Origin: an uncultured Oscillospiraceae bacterium | GTDB taxonomy: Bacteria > Bacillota > Clostridia > Oscillospirales > QAMX01 | DNA: 53,100 bases | Direction of reading: 5' to 3' | NCBI GenBank assembly: GCA_964439435.1 | Contig: CAYTOF010000003.1 | Location: 1-53,100, forward strand | Part shown: positions 28,729-39,281 of the stretch, piece by piece | Numbering within the stretch: position 1 is the stretch's first letter | Layout of the letters: every line of letters begins with the position of its first letter | The notes under the pieces: generated by a model | The model's database searches: none | The model's input: the letters and a program-made list of their open reading frames with translations, nothing else | Told to the model about the DNA's origin: nothing | Position numbers and translations under genes: made by a program

Positions 28729-30119
28729 AGGGCTGATTCCTCCGGTTTTTTAACTATTGTATATGTGACCGTTCTGCTCTCTCGCTCTTCTCTCTCTTGG
28801 AAAAACTTTTCGGCGATTTGAGGGAATGCGATATAGGAGAGCACGTCCTCATCACTGCGGGCAAGCTCTCCGAGCTCTGCCTTAGTCTTTTCAAACTCAG
28901 GCGCCATTGTCTCGGCAAAGCGACCTGTGATGGGTTTTTCATCGCCCAAGACCTTGGTCAACAAATCCTTGTCTATCTCGCCCGGCGCTTGTCCGTACTC
29001 ACCTCTGAGATATGCCCTGACCTCTTTTGAGACACTCTTGTAGCGCTCACCGGAAAGGACATTGGACACAGCCTGCACACCAACCATCTGGCTCATGGGT
29101 GTGACCAGGGGTGGATATCCCAAATTTTTTCTGACAAGGGGCGTCTCTTCCAAAACGTCTTCCAGCTTATCGCTGGCGTTTTGAGCTTTCAGTTGAGCTA
29201 TGAGATTTGAAAGCATGCCGCCCGGCACTTGATACACAAGGGCGTCGGTCTCTGTGCCCATCACAAAGGGGTCCAAGTTGCCGGACTCTATGTATTTGGC
29301 TCTGATTGGTCTGAAATAGTCATTGATCTGCTTCAGGACAGCTTCGTCCAAGCCGGAATCATAGCCCATTTGTTTCAGGGCAAAGTGCAGCGACTCCGTT
29401 GCGGGTTGAGATGTTCCGCCGGAGAAGGTGGATATCGCTGTGTCAATACCGTCACAGCCTGCTTCGGCTGCCTTGATATAGGTCATCGGACCAAGTCCTG
29501 TTGTGGAGTGTGTGTGTAGGTAGACCGGCAATTTGATTGTGCTCTTCAGAGCTTTTATCAGATCATAAGCCTCTTGCGGTCCCATGATGCCTGCCATGTC
29601 CTTGATGCAGACGGAGTGAACTCCCATGGATTCCAGCTGTTTTCCCATGGCGGTGTACTTTTCAATATTGTGTATGGGGCTTAGAGTGTAGCATATACAA
29701 CCTTGAGCATGCACGCCTTGTTTCAAGGTCTCATCCACGGCAACTTCGATGTTTCTAAAATCGTTCAAAGCGTCAAAGATGCGGAAAATATCCATGCCGT
29801 TCATGACTGCGTGGGAAACAAATTTTCTGACAACATCGTCCGGATAGTGCTTATAGCCCAGTATGTTTTGTCCGCGTAAAAGCATTTGAAGCTTTGTGTT
29901 TTTCACGCCGGCTCTGATTTTGCGCAGTCTTTCCCATGGATCTTCACTCAAATAGCGAAGACAAGAGTCGAAAGTCGCTCCTCCCCAGCATTCCAATGAG
30001 TGATAGCCGGCATTGTCGAGCATTTCCAATGCCCCTTCAAAATCAGAAAACGGCATCCGCGTGGCAATGAGTGATTGGTTGGCATCACGCAAAACCGTTT
30101 CTGTAAAATTCACCTTCAT
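28725..30119 (-). CDS. oadA: oxaloacetate decarboxylase alpha / pyruvate carboxylase B-like carboxyltransferase
   Basis: ETVLRDANQSL, WGGATFD, CIKDMAG, HTH, YPPLVTPMSQ; start 30119 with RBS aaggag. Confidence 0.9.
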   Translation of the reverse strand: MKVNFTETVLRDANQSLIATRMPFSDFEGALEMLDNAGYHSLECWGGATFDSCLRYLSEDPWERLRKIRAGVKNTKLQMLLRGQNILGYKHYPDDVVRKFVSHAVMNGMDIFRIFDALNDFRNIEVAVDETLKQGVHAQGCICYTLSPIHNIEKYTAMGKQLESMGVHSVCIKDMAGIMGPQEAYDLIKALKSTIKLPVYLHTHSTTGLGPMTYIKAAEAGCDGIDTAISTFSGGTSQPATESLHFALKQMGYDSGLDEAVLKQINDYFRPIRAKYIESGNLDPFVMGTETDALVYQVPGGMLSNLIAQLKAQNASDKLEDVLEETPLVRKNLGYPPLVTPMSQMVGVQAVSNVLSGERYKSVSKEVRAYLRGEYGQAPGEIDKDLLTKVLGDEKPITGRFAETMAPEFEKTKAELGELARSDEDVLSYIAFPQIAEKFFQEREERESRTVTYTIVKKPEESAL

Positions 30120-30166
30120 AAATACGACTTCTCCTTTGTATGCATAATCTTTCTTTGCTTGTAGAA

Positions 30167-30249
30167 TGGTGCGGGTAACAGGATTTGAACCTGCATGGTT
30201 TCCCACCGGAACCTAAATCCGGCGCGTCTGCCAATTCCGCCATACCCGC
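30167..30249 (-). tRNA. tRNA-Leu (anticodon TAG)
   Basis: GCGGGTATGGCGGAATTGGCAGACGCGCCGGATTTAGGTTCCGG..GGTTCAAATCC..ACCA. Confidence 0.97.
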
Positions 30250-30290
30250 AAGTTGCTGCAACTTATATGTTGCAGCGTGCAATACTCACA

Positions 30291-31250
30291 TTATGCGTTG
30301 TTTGTTTTTGCTTCGTATGCGCTTTTTGCCGCAGCGGCGATGTCTTCGGCAGACATGTTGAGCGCTTTTTCGAGATAGTCAATCAGCCCAACCTCACCGA
30401 AACGATCCCGTGCCCCCACTCTGCGCATAATCGTCGGGTGCTTTTCAGAGAGAACCTCGGCAACGGCGCCTCCGAGCCCTCCGACTATTGAGTGGTTTTC
30501 AGCGGTGACGACCGCACGTGTCTTGGCGGCGAAGGAGAGAACCGTCTCTTCGTCTATCGGCTTGAGGGTGTGCACATTCACAACGGCTGCGGAGATGCCC
30601 TCATTTGCAAGGAGTTCTGCCGCGACAAGGGAGCGAACCACCATTATGCCGGAGCAGAATATCACAACATCATCGCCCTGTCTCAGCACATCGGCTTTGC
30701 CAAGGGTGAATTTGTAGCCTTTATCGAATATCTTCGGGGTCGCCTGACGGTGGAGCCTTATATATGTAGGCGAGTTGTTGTAGGCGACTTGCGGCAAAGC
30801 CTGCGAAAGCTGCTCGGCGTCGGTCGCTTCGTAGATCACCATATTTGCCAGGGAGCGCATGATTGCCATATCTTCAAGGCTCATATGCGTTCCGCCATTG
30901 AGCTGTGCAGTGATGCCGGGGTCTGTCCCGCCGATTTTGACGGGCAGTTGCGTATAGGCTACAGATATGGTCACTTGGTCAAAGCACCTGCGTGTCGCAA
31001 AGGGCGTGAAGCTGTTGGCAAAGGGAATTTTGCCGCATGCTGCCAAACCCGCAGCAACACCCATCATATTGGCTTCGGCGACACCCACATTGAAAACACG
31101 ATTCGGAAATGCTTTGAGAAATTCTTTTGTTCCGTTGGCGTTCATAAGATCCGCTTCGCACACGACGATTCGATCGTCATTTTTCGCCAATTGAACAAGG
31201 CCTTGGGCATAAACTTCTCGCATTTGTTTTGCATCCAGTTCTATTTTCAT
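30291..31250 (-). CDS. transketolase, C-terminal (pyrimidine-binding) subunit
   Basis: NVGVAEANMMG, GGTHMSLED, VTAENH. Confidence 0.93.
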   Translation of the reverse strand: MKIELDAKQMREVYAQGLVQLAKNDDRIVVCEADLMNANGTKEFLKAFPNRVFNVGVAEANMMGVAAGLAACGKIPFANSFTPFATRRCFDQVTISVAYTQLPVKIGGTDPGITAQLNGGTHMSLEDMAIMRSLANMVIYEATDAEQLSQALPQVAYNNSPTYIRLHRQATPKIFDKGYKFTLGKADVLRQGDDVVIFCSGIMVVRSLVAAELLANEGISAAVVNVHTLKPIDEETVLSFAAKTRAVVTAENHSIVGGLGGAVAEVLSEKHPTIMRRVGARDRFGEVGLIDYLEKALNMSAEDIAAAAKSAYEAKTNNA

Positions 31251-32086
31251 ACCCTCGCCTCCTCTTCACGGTTAAGTGACTTGAGCGCACAGGATAGCTG
31301 CTCTGTGCTGACATTTGTGCTGTGTGATGCAACTGTGCCTTCACAGAAATTTGCGCCCTTGCCTTTTATTGTCTTCAGTACTATCATTGTCGGCCTTTTT
31401 GTTTCGGCATGTGCTCTCTCGATAGCGTCATCGATGGCCACCACATCGTGTCCGTCGCACTCGATGACATTCCACTTAAATGCACGCCACTTCTCGGCTA
31501 TCGGCTCAACTTCGTTTATCTCCGCTGTTTCACCGTCTATCTGCATCCGATTGTTGTCACAAAAAGCTGTTAGGTTGGAAAGCTTCATATTGGCGGCATA
31601 CATGCCCGCTTCCCAAATCTGTCCTTCTTGACTCTCTCCGTCACCTATAATGGTGTATACTCTGTTTTTCCGCTCATCAAGTCTGCAGGCCAAAGCCATG
31701 CCGACAGCGGCAGAAAAGCCTTGGGCAAGTGAACCTGCTGTCATGTCCACACCCTTGGTTTTCCTCATATCACAATGGCTGGGAAAATTGGTCCCGGGTT
31801 GATTGAGTGTCAGCGTTTCCTCAACGGGGAAATATCCGCGCAAACCAAGTGCTGCGTACAGAGCGGGGCCGGCATGCCCTTTTGACAACACAAATCTGTC
31901 TCTGTCCGGCCAATTCGGATCCTCAGGGTTGATGTTCAACCGTTTAAAATACAGAACTGACAGCACATCGCAAATGGACATTGCGCCACCCACATGGCCT
32001 TTGCCTATCGCCGCAAACATTTTAAGCGTGTGTGCTCGTATGTCGTTTGCTTTTTCTTGCAGCGCCGCAGCTTCGTTCTTATCCAA
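31247..32086 (-). CDS. transketolase, N-terminal (TPP-binding) subunit
   Basis: GHVGG, DRFVLSKGH, GDGESQEG..N TPP motif; TTG start after GGAGG. Confidence 0.93.
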   Translation of the reverse strand: MDKNEAAALQEKANDIRAHTLKMFAAIGKGHVGGAMSICDVLSVLYFKRLNINPEDPNWPDRDRFVLSKGHAGPALYAALGLRGYFPVEETLTLNQPGTNFPSHCDMRKTKGVDMTAGSLAQGFSAAVGMALACRLDERKNRVYTIIGDGESQEGQIWEAGMYAANMKLSNLTAFCDNNRMQIDGETAEINEVEPIAEKWRAFKWNVIECDGHDVVAIDDAIERAHAETKRPTMIVLKTIKGKGANFCEGTVASHSTNVSTEQLSCALKSLNREEEARV

Positions 32087-32106
32087 TTTTGCCGTCCTCC
32101 TTTGAT

Positions 32107-33690
32107 TTATTTTATTTTCGACAATCCGGACTCAATGCGCAGGACCGGATAGTCTTTCTTGATTGTGTCTATAAGCGCTTCGTATGCTGTGTCACGAAGT
32201 GCTTCTTCAACCAGCGCATCCCTATAAGGTACTGACTGGCCGATATAATAGATTATGTGATACCCAAATTGGGTTTTAACAATGGCGGCGTCGCCCTCTT
32301 CTCGCTCTTCTTCGAAAACCCAGTCTTCAAACTCTTCGACTGTCATCCCGGGGCCGACCTTTTCCACAAGACCGCCATCCTTTGCCGAACCTGTATCCTC
32401 AGAAAACTCCTTTGCAAGCTCCGCAAAGCTCGCCTCTGTTTTGTCGCCGTTTTGCCAGCGTTCCAAAATCTCCTTGGCAGTGGCAGCTGCTTTTTCGTCG
32501 TTCAAGCTTGCCTCGTCTTCGTCTTCAACTTCTTCGATTGTGATGAGGATGTGGCGCACATCCCGTGTCAAAATGCTGTTGTCGTCCCTGTTTATGAAAT
32601 AGTAGACAGTGAACTTGTTTTTGTCTTGAACAATCTCAGTGTCGCCTGCTTTGTTGTCGGCATCAAACAAAAACTTGGCCTCATCCTCCCCCAACACGGA
32701 GAAAGCGATGCGCTTTTTCAATGTCTCTTCGGGGCTTAAGCCCTCTGTTTCTTTTCCGTCTTTGTCCGTTTTGCGTGTTGACTCTTCGGCAAGCTTGTTA
32801 TAGTCAGCTTCTGATTTTATAAGAGCAAGTTTTTCTTTCAGTTCCACTAAAGCTTTTGTGATAATAGCTTCGTCTTCTGCTTTTGTGGTGTCATTTGAAA
32901 TCTCATTTCCCTCTGCATCCAGATGCTCGGGCAGCTCAACCTCCATTGTGAAGACGTGGTATGTCACCACATCAAAGGCATTTTTTTCACCTGAATATTT
33001 TTCGTCGATCTGTTCTTTTGTGAAATTGAAGCTGTTATAGAGATTTGTGGAATAATGTCCGCTAAGTATCTCTCGTTCTACAAACTTTTGATAATCATCA
33101 AGCCTTATGGCATTGCCATAGGTGGATTTCAAAAAGGCCAAAGGCGTGACACTGTTGGCCTCTGCCATTAAATTTAATTGTTCAATCGCTGCCAAAACTT
33201 CGCCTTTTGCTTCATCGTCGAGTTCAAAGCCGTTCTTTTTGGCTTCGGTTGTCATCAAAACATAGCCCCTGAAGTTTTCAATGGCTTGGTCCAACAGGAA
33301 ATCTCCCCAGGTTTGGCCTGTTTCCCTGTCTCTAACCTGTTTGAAAAGAGACCTTGAATAGTTGATGCCGTATATATCGTATCCATAAGTCATCAGACTT
33401 TGATACGAAGACTCTTTATATCTGTTTACAAGCATATTGTAATAAAAAGCCACTTGGTCGGCCTTGTATGTTTCTCCGCCAATTGTGACTGCATCGGACA
33501 TCCTCAAAAAAGAGCCGTTTTGAGTCATCGTGCCCACCACAAGAATTGCAATTGATGCTCCTGCAATGGCAATGATCAACAACCAATTCAATGCTTTTTT
33601 AAGGAACGGGTTCATTCGGCTTTTTTTAGTCGCGACACTCTGTCCCTCTATTTTTTTTCTGTACTCGCGGTTTCTTGATGCCTTGCCCAC
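32107..33690 (-). CDS. membrane-anchored parvulin-type peptidyl-prolyl isomerase (PrsA/SurA-like foldase)
   Basis: N-terminal TM; RHILI, FAELAKEFSED, DGGL, TQFGYHII; probable GTG start after GGAGG. Confidence 0.85.
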   Translation of the reverse strand: MGKASRNREYRKKIEGQSVATKKSRMNPFLKKALNWLLIIAIAGASIAILVVGTMTQNGSFLRMSDAVTIGGETYKADQVAFYYNMLVNRYKESSYQSLMTYGYDIYGINYSRSLFKQVRDRETGQTWGDFLLDQAIENFRGYVLMTTEAKKNGFELDDEAKGEVLAAIEQLNLMAEANSVTPLAFLKSTYGNAIRLDDYQKFVEREILSGHYSTNLYNSFNFTKEQIDEKYSGEKNAFDVVTYHVFTMEVELPEHLDAEGNEISNDTTKAEDEAIITKALVELKEKLALIKSEADYNKLAEESTRKTDKDGKETEGLSPEETLKKRIAFSVLGEDEAKFLFDADNKAGDTEIVQDKNKFTVYYFINRDDNSILTRDVRHILITIEEVEDEDEASLNDEKAAATAKEILERWQNGDKTEASFAELAKEFSEDTGSAKDGGLVEKVGPGMTVEEFEDWVFEEEREEGDAAIVKTQFGYHIIYYIGQSVPYRDALVEEALRDTAYEALIDTIKKDYPVLRIESGLSKIK

Positions 33691-34024
33691 AAAAACTACC
33701 TCCAAAGTATAAGTTACATCCCAAGGGTCAGGCGTGCGTATGCATTCGCCTGCTTTTCACATTAATATCTACATTGACTTAAAAACAGGCAAAATTTGCA
33801 CTTTACATATTTTACACCATTTTCGCCTTTAAGTAAACTGTTTTTCTCCACTCTGAAAAGATTTAACATTTGTTGACCGCAAAAACAGCCAAACTACATG
33901 ACAAATAGTGTTTTCGCTCCCCTTGATTGGCAAAAAAGATGGTTTTAATGCCCCTGACTAATTGTTTCACGATTGTCTCTTTGAGCGGATTTTCTGTAAA
34001 ACAAAACTGTCAGAGATTGCACAA

Positions 34025-34053
34025 TTGAAAAACAAAGGCATAGTTGATATAAT
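34025..34053 (+). promoter_or_regulatory. sigma-A promoter upstream of the NUDIX gene
   Basis: TTGAAA-17-TATAAT with TG extension. Confidence 0.7.
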
Positions 34054-34215
34054 CTATTTGCTATAGTCACCAAGACAATCTTTTACTTTGTCCGGGGTTT
34101 TTATATCACACAGTCGGCATATGTATCTCTGCTCCGGGAACCGTGATTGTCTTAATTGCAGATGTACAGGCTTTGGAGCTTGCTTGTTTTCCGAGATTTT
34201 AGTCGGAGGTTGAAA

Positions 34216-34662
34216 ATGACAGAAGAACACAACCCTGAAAGTATTTTGTTTTATGACTCTCCCCCCGCCGATATACCCATGATATATGTCATCATATGTG
34301 CAAAACACAATGGGAAATGGATTTTTGTCCGCCACAAGGAGCGAAATACATATGAGGTGCCCGCAGGTCATATTGAATCTGGCGAGGATGCGCTGACCGC
34401 CGCCAAACGTGAGCTATATGAAGAAACGGGGGCACATGAGTATAATTTAACCTTTGTGTCTGTGTATACCGTCACACAGAATGGACAAAGTGCCGGCGGA
34501 TATCTCTTTTATGCGGAGGTGGAGACCTTTTCCCCCATGCCCGACTTTGAGATTTCATCTTTTGAATTGCTTGACAAACTCCCGGACAACATCACATATC
34601 CGACGGTTTTGCCTTTTTTGTTTTCACATATCAACGACTGGCTGCAAGTTCAGAGCAAATAG
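34216..34662 (+). CDS. NUDIX hydrolase
   Basis: GHIESGEDALTAAKRELYEETGA Nudix box; RBS ggagg. Confidence 0.92.
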   Translation: MTEEHNPESILFYDSPPADIPMIYVIICAKHNGKWIFVRHKERNTYEVPAGHIESGEDALTAAKRELYEETGAHEYNLTFVSVYTVTQNGQSAGGYLFYAEVETFSPMPDFEISSFELLDKLPDNITYPTVLPFLFSHINDWLQVQSK

Positions 34663-34796
34663 TTTTATTTCATTATATATGTTATATGTTTTGTGATAGT
34701 CCTTTTGCCGTTGAAATGTTTTGCGGTTGTTAAGAATATTCTTAACAACCGCTTTTGGCTTCATCTTAAAGCAATTTCTTGATTTGTCTCTGCTCA

Positions 34797-35297
34797 TCAA
34801 GCCCAAGGGTCTGCGGCTTTTGGTCCTCTGATGTCGGCGAGCAGGTGCTGTTCCCATAGGAACCACTCCCCGCTGCTCGGCTTTACTCGCAGCTTGATTT
34901 GTCGCGGTGAATCAGCTCCCGCTGAGCGGACAAAAAGCGTCACATAGCCTTCGTTTTGATAGCTGTATGGGTTGTCAAACACCGCTATCTCATAGGGTTT
35001 GGTCGGCACATAGGAGTTTTCTGCATTTGCCCCGCTGAAAAATGAAAAAGGTTTATAGGTTTTGCCGACAAGCCTGTCGCGAAGGAATTGAATTTCATAA
35101 TTGGAAAGCGGTTGCGGACCTTTGAGATAGTTGAGCATGTCAATTGTTTCCTTGGGGTTGTCACCATAGTTGCAAAGCACGGCAACTGTCAAAGCCGCTG
35201 TCTGAAAAGGCGAGAGCATGGAAGCTTCCGGCATCGCCTTTAGCATGGCAAGATCGCTTGGCAGATTGTCAAACACAAATGTCTCACTTTTGCTCAT
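34797..35297 (-). CDS. conserved hypothetical protein (probably DUF6935)
   Basis: SPFQTAALTV, SFFSGANAENSY, SAGADSPR..W recalled from that family; RBS gaagg. Confidence 0.55.
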   Translation of the reverse strand: MSKSETFVFDNLPSDLAMLKAMPEASMLSPFQTAALTVAVLCNYGDNPKETIDMLNYLKGPQPLSNYEIQFLRDRLVGKTYKPFSFFSGANAENSYVPTKPYEIAVFDNPYSYQNEGYVTLFVRSAGADSPRQIKLRVKPSSGEWFLWEQHLLADIRGPKAADPWA

Positions 35298-35495
35298 TTC
35301 ATTTCCTTCTTTCTATTATGTCATTTATGATTTTATTGTAACAAAGATATGTGCCAAGGTCAAGCCCGAATAGGCGTTGAGGCTTTATTTTTATATCGGA
35401 CTTTGTCAAAGCGGCAGACTCACAGCGCGGATAACTCTAAGGCCCCGGGCATGTTTTCCTAATCAATACCCTAAAAAGGCATATCGAGTCGCGGC

Positions 35496-36755
35496 TTATA
35501 CTATTGTCTTTCCTCTCACGGTGACTGTGCGGTCCTCCGGCACATATTCATCGGGAAAGCGGACCATCACGCCTTTGCCCTCGAGGGTGTTTTGCAGTGT
35601 TTTGATATCCACGTCCAAAACATCACATCCCTCTCGCAGAGCCTGTGAGGCGGTTTCTCCGGCTGCCTGCCCTGTCAAAATTGCGGGAGGAATCACTCTC
35701 AATATGTCCCACCCATAGCCTTTGGCGCTGGCACTTCTGCCTGCCGTGAGAATGTTTCGGAAGTCACGGCGACCAAGTGTTCTGAGCGGAACTTCAAATA
35801 TATGATCTCTGTGTTCAAAATCGTTTATCGCACAAACCGAATCCTCAAAGTGACGATATGCATCATTTACGGTGAAAGTGTGCTCCCCTGCGATACAACA
35901 GGTTGTTCTAAATTGCGGCATAAGCGGTAGCATGGCAAGCTCTCTTGAGTTTCTATCCTCCGCTTTTAATTTCTCCAAGAGAAGCAACTGATTGCGCACA
36001 AGATAATCCGTGACCTCTTCCGCTGTGAGGCCCGACCACAGCGGGACATCTTTCGGTTGGTTTTCGCCGAAAAGGTTTATACCTCCCCCGCTGATGCCGG
36101 TAAAAGCGATGGCTATGTTCTTTTTCTCGGCAGCAATCGCACAGCTCTCTAGGCTGATTTTCTTTGCGAAATAAGAGAAATAATTTTGCCCTTTGATATG
36201 GGGCACACCGCCTCTGCGGAGAACATCCCCATCTCCTGTGGTGTCGATGAGCATTTTACATGCATAGAGTGCAGTCTCTTCTTTGCTCTCTGTTATAACA
36301 CCGCGGCAAATACCCTCTTCTATAATCGGGTCGCAGGCAATACAGTCATACAGCAGGTCGACACCGTGTTTTTTTACTTCTTCTGTCAATTGAAGGGCAA
36401 ATATATAGGGTGAATAACGCTGGACATATCTCGTTGTTGTCGGTTCTTTTGGCTCTCCGTCTTTCCATTCGCCGGGTATTGTGTCATATCCGTATTCCGC
36501 GCTTTTTCGCAGCCATTTTTCCGCCAGTCCGAATATGATCTGCTTGCCTCTCCCATTGCACATCGGAACAAAAAGATTGATAAGGCCAAGAGTTGCAAGC
36601 CCTCCGAGAATGTTTGATTTTTCAAGTAACAGCACGGAGTTGCCGTTTTCTGCGGCAGAGATTGCTGCGGCACAGCCCGCAAGCCCTCCTCCGCACACTA
36701 TGACGTCATACCGCGCTTTAACGGTAAGCTTTTTTGTGAGAGTGAAGTCTCGCAT
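35496..36755 (-). CDS. FAD-dependent oxidoreductase (PF12831-like)
   Basis: YDVIVCGGGLAGCAAA, LGGLATLG, IDTTGDGD, AGRS, GQAAG. Confidence 0.85.
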   Translation of the reverse strand: MRDFTLTKKLTVKARYDVIVCGGGLAGCAAAISAAENGNSVLLLEKSNILGGLATLGLINLFVPMCNGRGKQIIFGLAEKWLRKSAEYGYDTIPGEWKDGEPKEPTTTRYVQRYSPYIFALQLTEEVKKHGVDLLYDCIACDPIIEEGICRGVITESKEETALYACKMLIDTTGDGDVLRRGGVPHIKGQNYFSYFAKKISLESCAIAAEKKNIAIAFTGISGGGINLFGENQPKDVPLWSGLTAEEVTDYLVRNQLLLLEKLKAEDRNSRELAMLPLMPQFRTTCCIAGEHTFTVNDAYRHFEDSVCAINDFEHRDHIFEVPLRTLGRRDFRNILTAGRSASAKGYGWDILRVIPPAILTGQAAGETASQALREGCDVLDVDIKTLQNTLEGKGVMVRFPDEYVPEDRTVTVRGKTIV

Positions 36756-37192
36756 TTGCAGGTTTCCTTTCGAGTTTATTCAATGGAGTATCAAGCGCAA
36801 TTGCTTTTCTACAGAGAAGTATGGGCGATGTGTAAAATATGGTGTATAGATACTATCATAAAATTACAGAGAAGTCGATTGTAAAGCCTTTGGTTTCTCT
36901 CTGACGTTTCATAGCTTTGGTTGAGGAGAAACATCTGTCGTGCCGCTCACATAATTTAATCTACGGTTTATATCCTCTCTCATACCGGGCTCTGTATTTT
37001 AAAAATTAATGCATTGTAATGAATGTGGACGCAAAATCACGCTACCAAGTTCTGTTTTTCATAATTTCCGGTGTGTTTTCCTGTCTCGGTTCCACAGTTT
37101 GGTCGTTTTTCGTCTCACACCGTCTATGTCAAATAATAAAATTTCGAATTCTGAAGTTTAGCTGTTTAAGTCAATTAAACATATGCCGCTTG

Positions 37193-37333
37193 TCATTTTT
37201 CAGCAAAACCAACAACACAAAAAACAAGACCGATGATACCAAGAAAAAGCGATACACTGTCAAGCCCGGTTGAAGATAATTGGAACAATATTGCAAAAAG
37301 AAGTATCCCAATGCCCAAAACAAGTTTTTTCAT
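37193..37333 (-). CDS. 46-aa two-helix membrane protein MKKLVLGIGILLFAILFQLSSTGLDSVSLFLGIIGLVFCVVGFAEK
   Basis: RBS gaaagggg, ATG 37333, TGA 37193; two hydrophobic stretches; absent from ORF track. Confidence 0.65.
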   Translation of the reverse strand: MKKLVLGIGILLFAILFQLSSTGLDSVSLFLGIIGLVFCVVGFAEK

Positions 37334-37590
37334 TTAATGGCCCCTTTCCACACAACACACAACAAGTAGATTTTTGTTGCAATGCTCAAATCATGAAAAA
37401 TTTAACAGGATAATATAATACCATGTTCTATTTTATAAGTACACTCCAACACCTCTAATCTGTGCTGCCAATAAAAATATTACGGTGTTTGATTTATGCA
37501 CATTTATTCCTCCTTTAAGCACCATTGACGGGAGGTATTTCCCGTGATATGCTTATTGTAAAATACCGTCTGATTGGTTAAGGAGAAGAA

Positions 37591-38574
37591 ATGAGCAACA
37601 AAGGTTTTGACAAAAGAGGAGTTGTGATTTTAAGGGAGGACTTATGCCCCGAATGGCTCGACTGGATGAAGGCGGGAAGGCTCAATGTTTTAGGGTTGCA
37701 CGAGCTGCCCTCTAAAGGCAACGGTTTTACCGAAAAGATGCTTTTGTGGCTTGAGGATACCCAAAACCGTGCTCTTATCGAGAAGTTCGAAAAAGAAGGT
37801 ATTACGGTGGAGTTTGAGCTTCACGCCATGTCCTGGCTTTTGCCCAGGGAATATTTTGAAAAACACCCCGAATGGTTCAGAATAAACGCAGAAGGTGTCC
37901 GCACAAATGATTTAAATCTCTGCCCTTCCTCGGCAGAAGCTCTTGCCGTTGTGAGGGAAAACTCCCAAAAATTAGCGTTTTTGCTGAAACAAAATTCAAA
38001 ACTTTACCACTTTTGGCCTGATGACGCCATATCATCGGTCTGCAACTGCGAAAAATGTAAAAGCTTTTCGGGTTCTGACCAGAGTGTCATTATAATGAAT
38101 GAGATTTTAAAGGGCATCCGTGAATATGACAGCGAAGCCCGCCTCTCCTATCTCGCTTATGCAGACGCCCTTGACCTGCCGACCGTAGCGCCCGACAAGG
38201 GGCTGTTTCTCGAGTTTGCCCCGATGTCAAGGGATCACACAAAACCTATCACTTTCAAAGAGCGGCCGGAAAATATAAAATATGTGGAACTATTAAAAAA
38301 CCTTCTCAATATTTTCTCGGCGAGCGAAACAGAAATACTGGAATATTGGCTTGACAACGCCCTATATTCCGGCTATACACGTCCGCCGGTGAAAGTGCCC
38401 TTCTACCCCGATGTTGCGGAAAGTGATGCCGCCTTTTACAAAAGCCTTGGCATAAATTACATAACAACCTTCGCCTCTTTTATCGGCAAAGAATATCTCG
38501 AGCTCCATGGGCTTCCACCGATAAAAGAATATGGTGATATTCTTGCCGGCTCAACCTCCTTTGAAAAAGGCTGA
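37591..38574 (+). CDS. DUF4838-like protein (probable TIM-barrel glycosidase-like fold)
   Basis: HPEWF..NLCPSS, WPDD..CNCEKC, LAY segments; RBS aaggag. Confidence 0.6.
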   Translation: MSNKGFDKRGVVILREDLCPEWLDWMKAGRLNVLGLHELPSKGNGFTEKMLLWLEDTQNRALIEKFEKEGITVEFELHAMSWLLPREYFEKHPEWFRINAEGVRTNDLNLCPSSAEALAVVRENSQKLAFLLKQNSKLYHFWPDDAISSVCNCEKCKSFSGSDQSVIIMNEILKGIREYDSEARLSYLAYADALDLPTVAPDKGLFLEFAPMSRDHTKPITFKERPENIKYVELLKNLLNIFSASETEILEYWLDNALYSGYTRPPVKVPFYPDVAESDAAFYKSLGINYITTFASFIGKEYLELHGLPPIKEYGDILAGSTSFEKG

Positions 38575-38600
38575 GCTTTTAAAAATTTTATCGCTATAAC

Positions 38601-39146
38601 TCATCCGTTGGCGAAACTGCAAAAATCTAATTGATAGAGTTCATAATCAATTGATGATTGAAGTTCGCCAATTTGATTTACCCATGAATTTTCATTTACG
38701 CGCAATTTTTTAAAGCCAAGCTGCTCATAAACATGCTGTGCTCTTTCATTTTTGACATCTGTATCAAGGATAATTCTTTGGTACCCAAAATCATTAAATA
38801 ACGATGTAATCAGCATGCTTAACAGCATTTTTCCAACACCTCGATTTTGTTTTGAAAAATCGCAGATTTTTATTCCAATTTCAGCGGTGTAATCACCTTT
38901 ATTGCGATAATTCATTTCACCCACAGCGACATTGTCAATTTCAATAATCAGCCGCCTATGTGTATCATCGGTGTCATTTTTCAAGCTATCTGCTATGGCA
39001 TCAGCTGTTTGACCTATTCCATTTGGAAATCCTGCATGTGCCATTATTTTACCATCATTCCACCATAGAGCAAGTTGCTCAGCATCGTTTGATGTTGCGT
39101 TTCTAATGGTTAAATTGTTGTACTTAAGTAACACTGTATTCTCCAT
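38601..39146 (-). CDS. GNAT (RimJ/RimL-like) N-acetyltransferase
   Basis: QNRGVGKMLL acetyl-CoA motif; NERAQHVYEQLGF. Confidence 0.88.
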   Translation of the reverse strand: MENTVLLKYNNLTIRNATSNDAEQLALWWNDGKIMAHAGFPNGIGQTADAIADSLKNDTDDTHRRLIIEIDNVAVGEMNYRNKGDYTAEIGIKICDFSKQNRGVGKMLLSMLITSLFNDFGYQRIILDTDVKNERAQHVYEQLGFKKLRVNENSWVNQIGELQSSIDYELYQLDFCSFANG

Positions 39147-39281
39147 TTCCGAGAGTAAATAGTCACCCTGTAGACGCGGATATTTACCTCTTGCTAGGAA
39201 ACAAGCCAACTGTAAAGTGCAATCGACTTATTTCGGGAAAATGTAAGCCACTGACAAAATAGATGGCGTGCCGGCAAATTG

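Noticed and set aside
30492-31631. 379-aa plus-strand ORF
   Set aside because: Antisense shadow of the transketolase genes.
36810-36875. Direct repeat tacagagaagt, two copies 55 bp apart
   Set aside because: Only two 11-bp copies with no array; not CRISPR-like and possibly chance.
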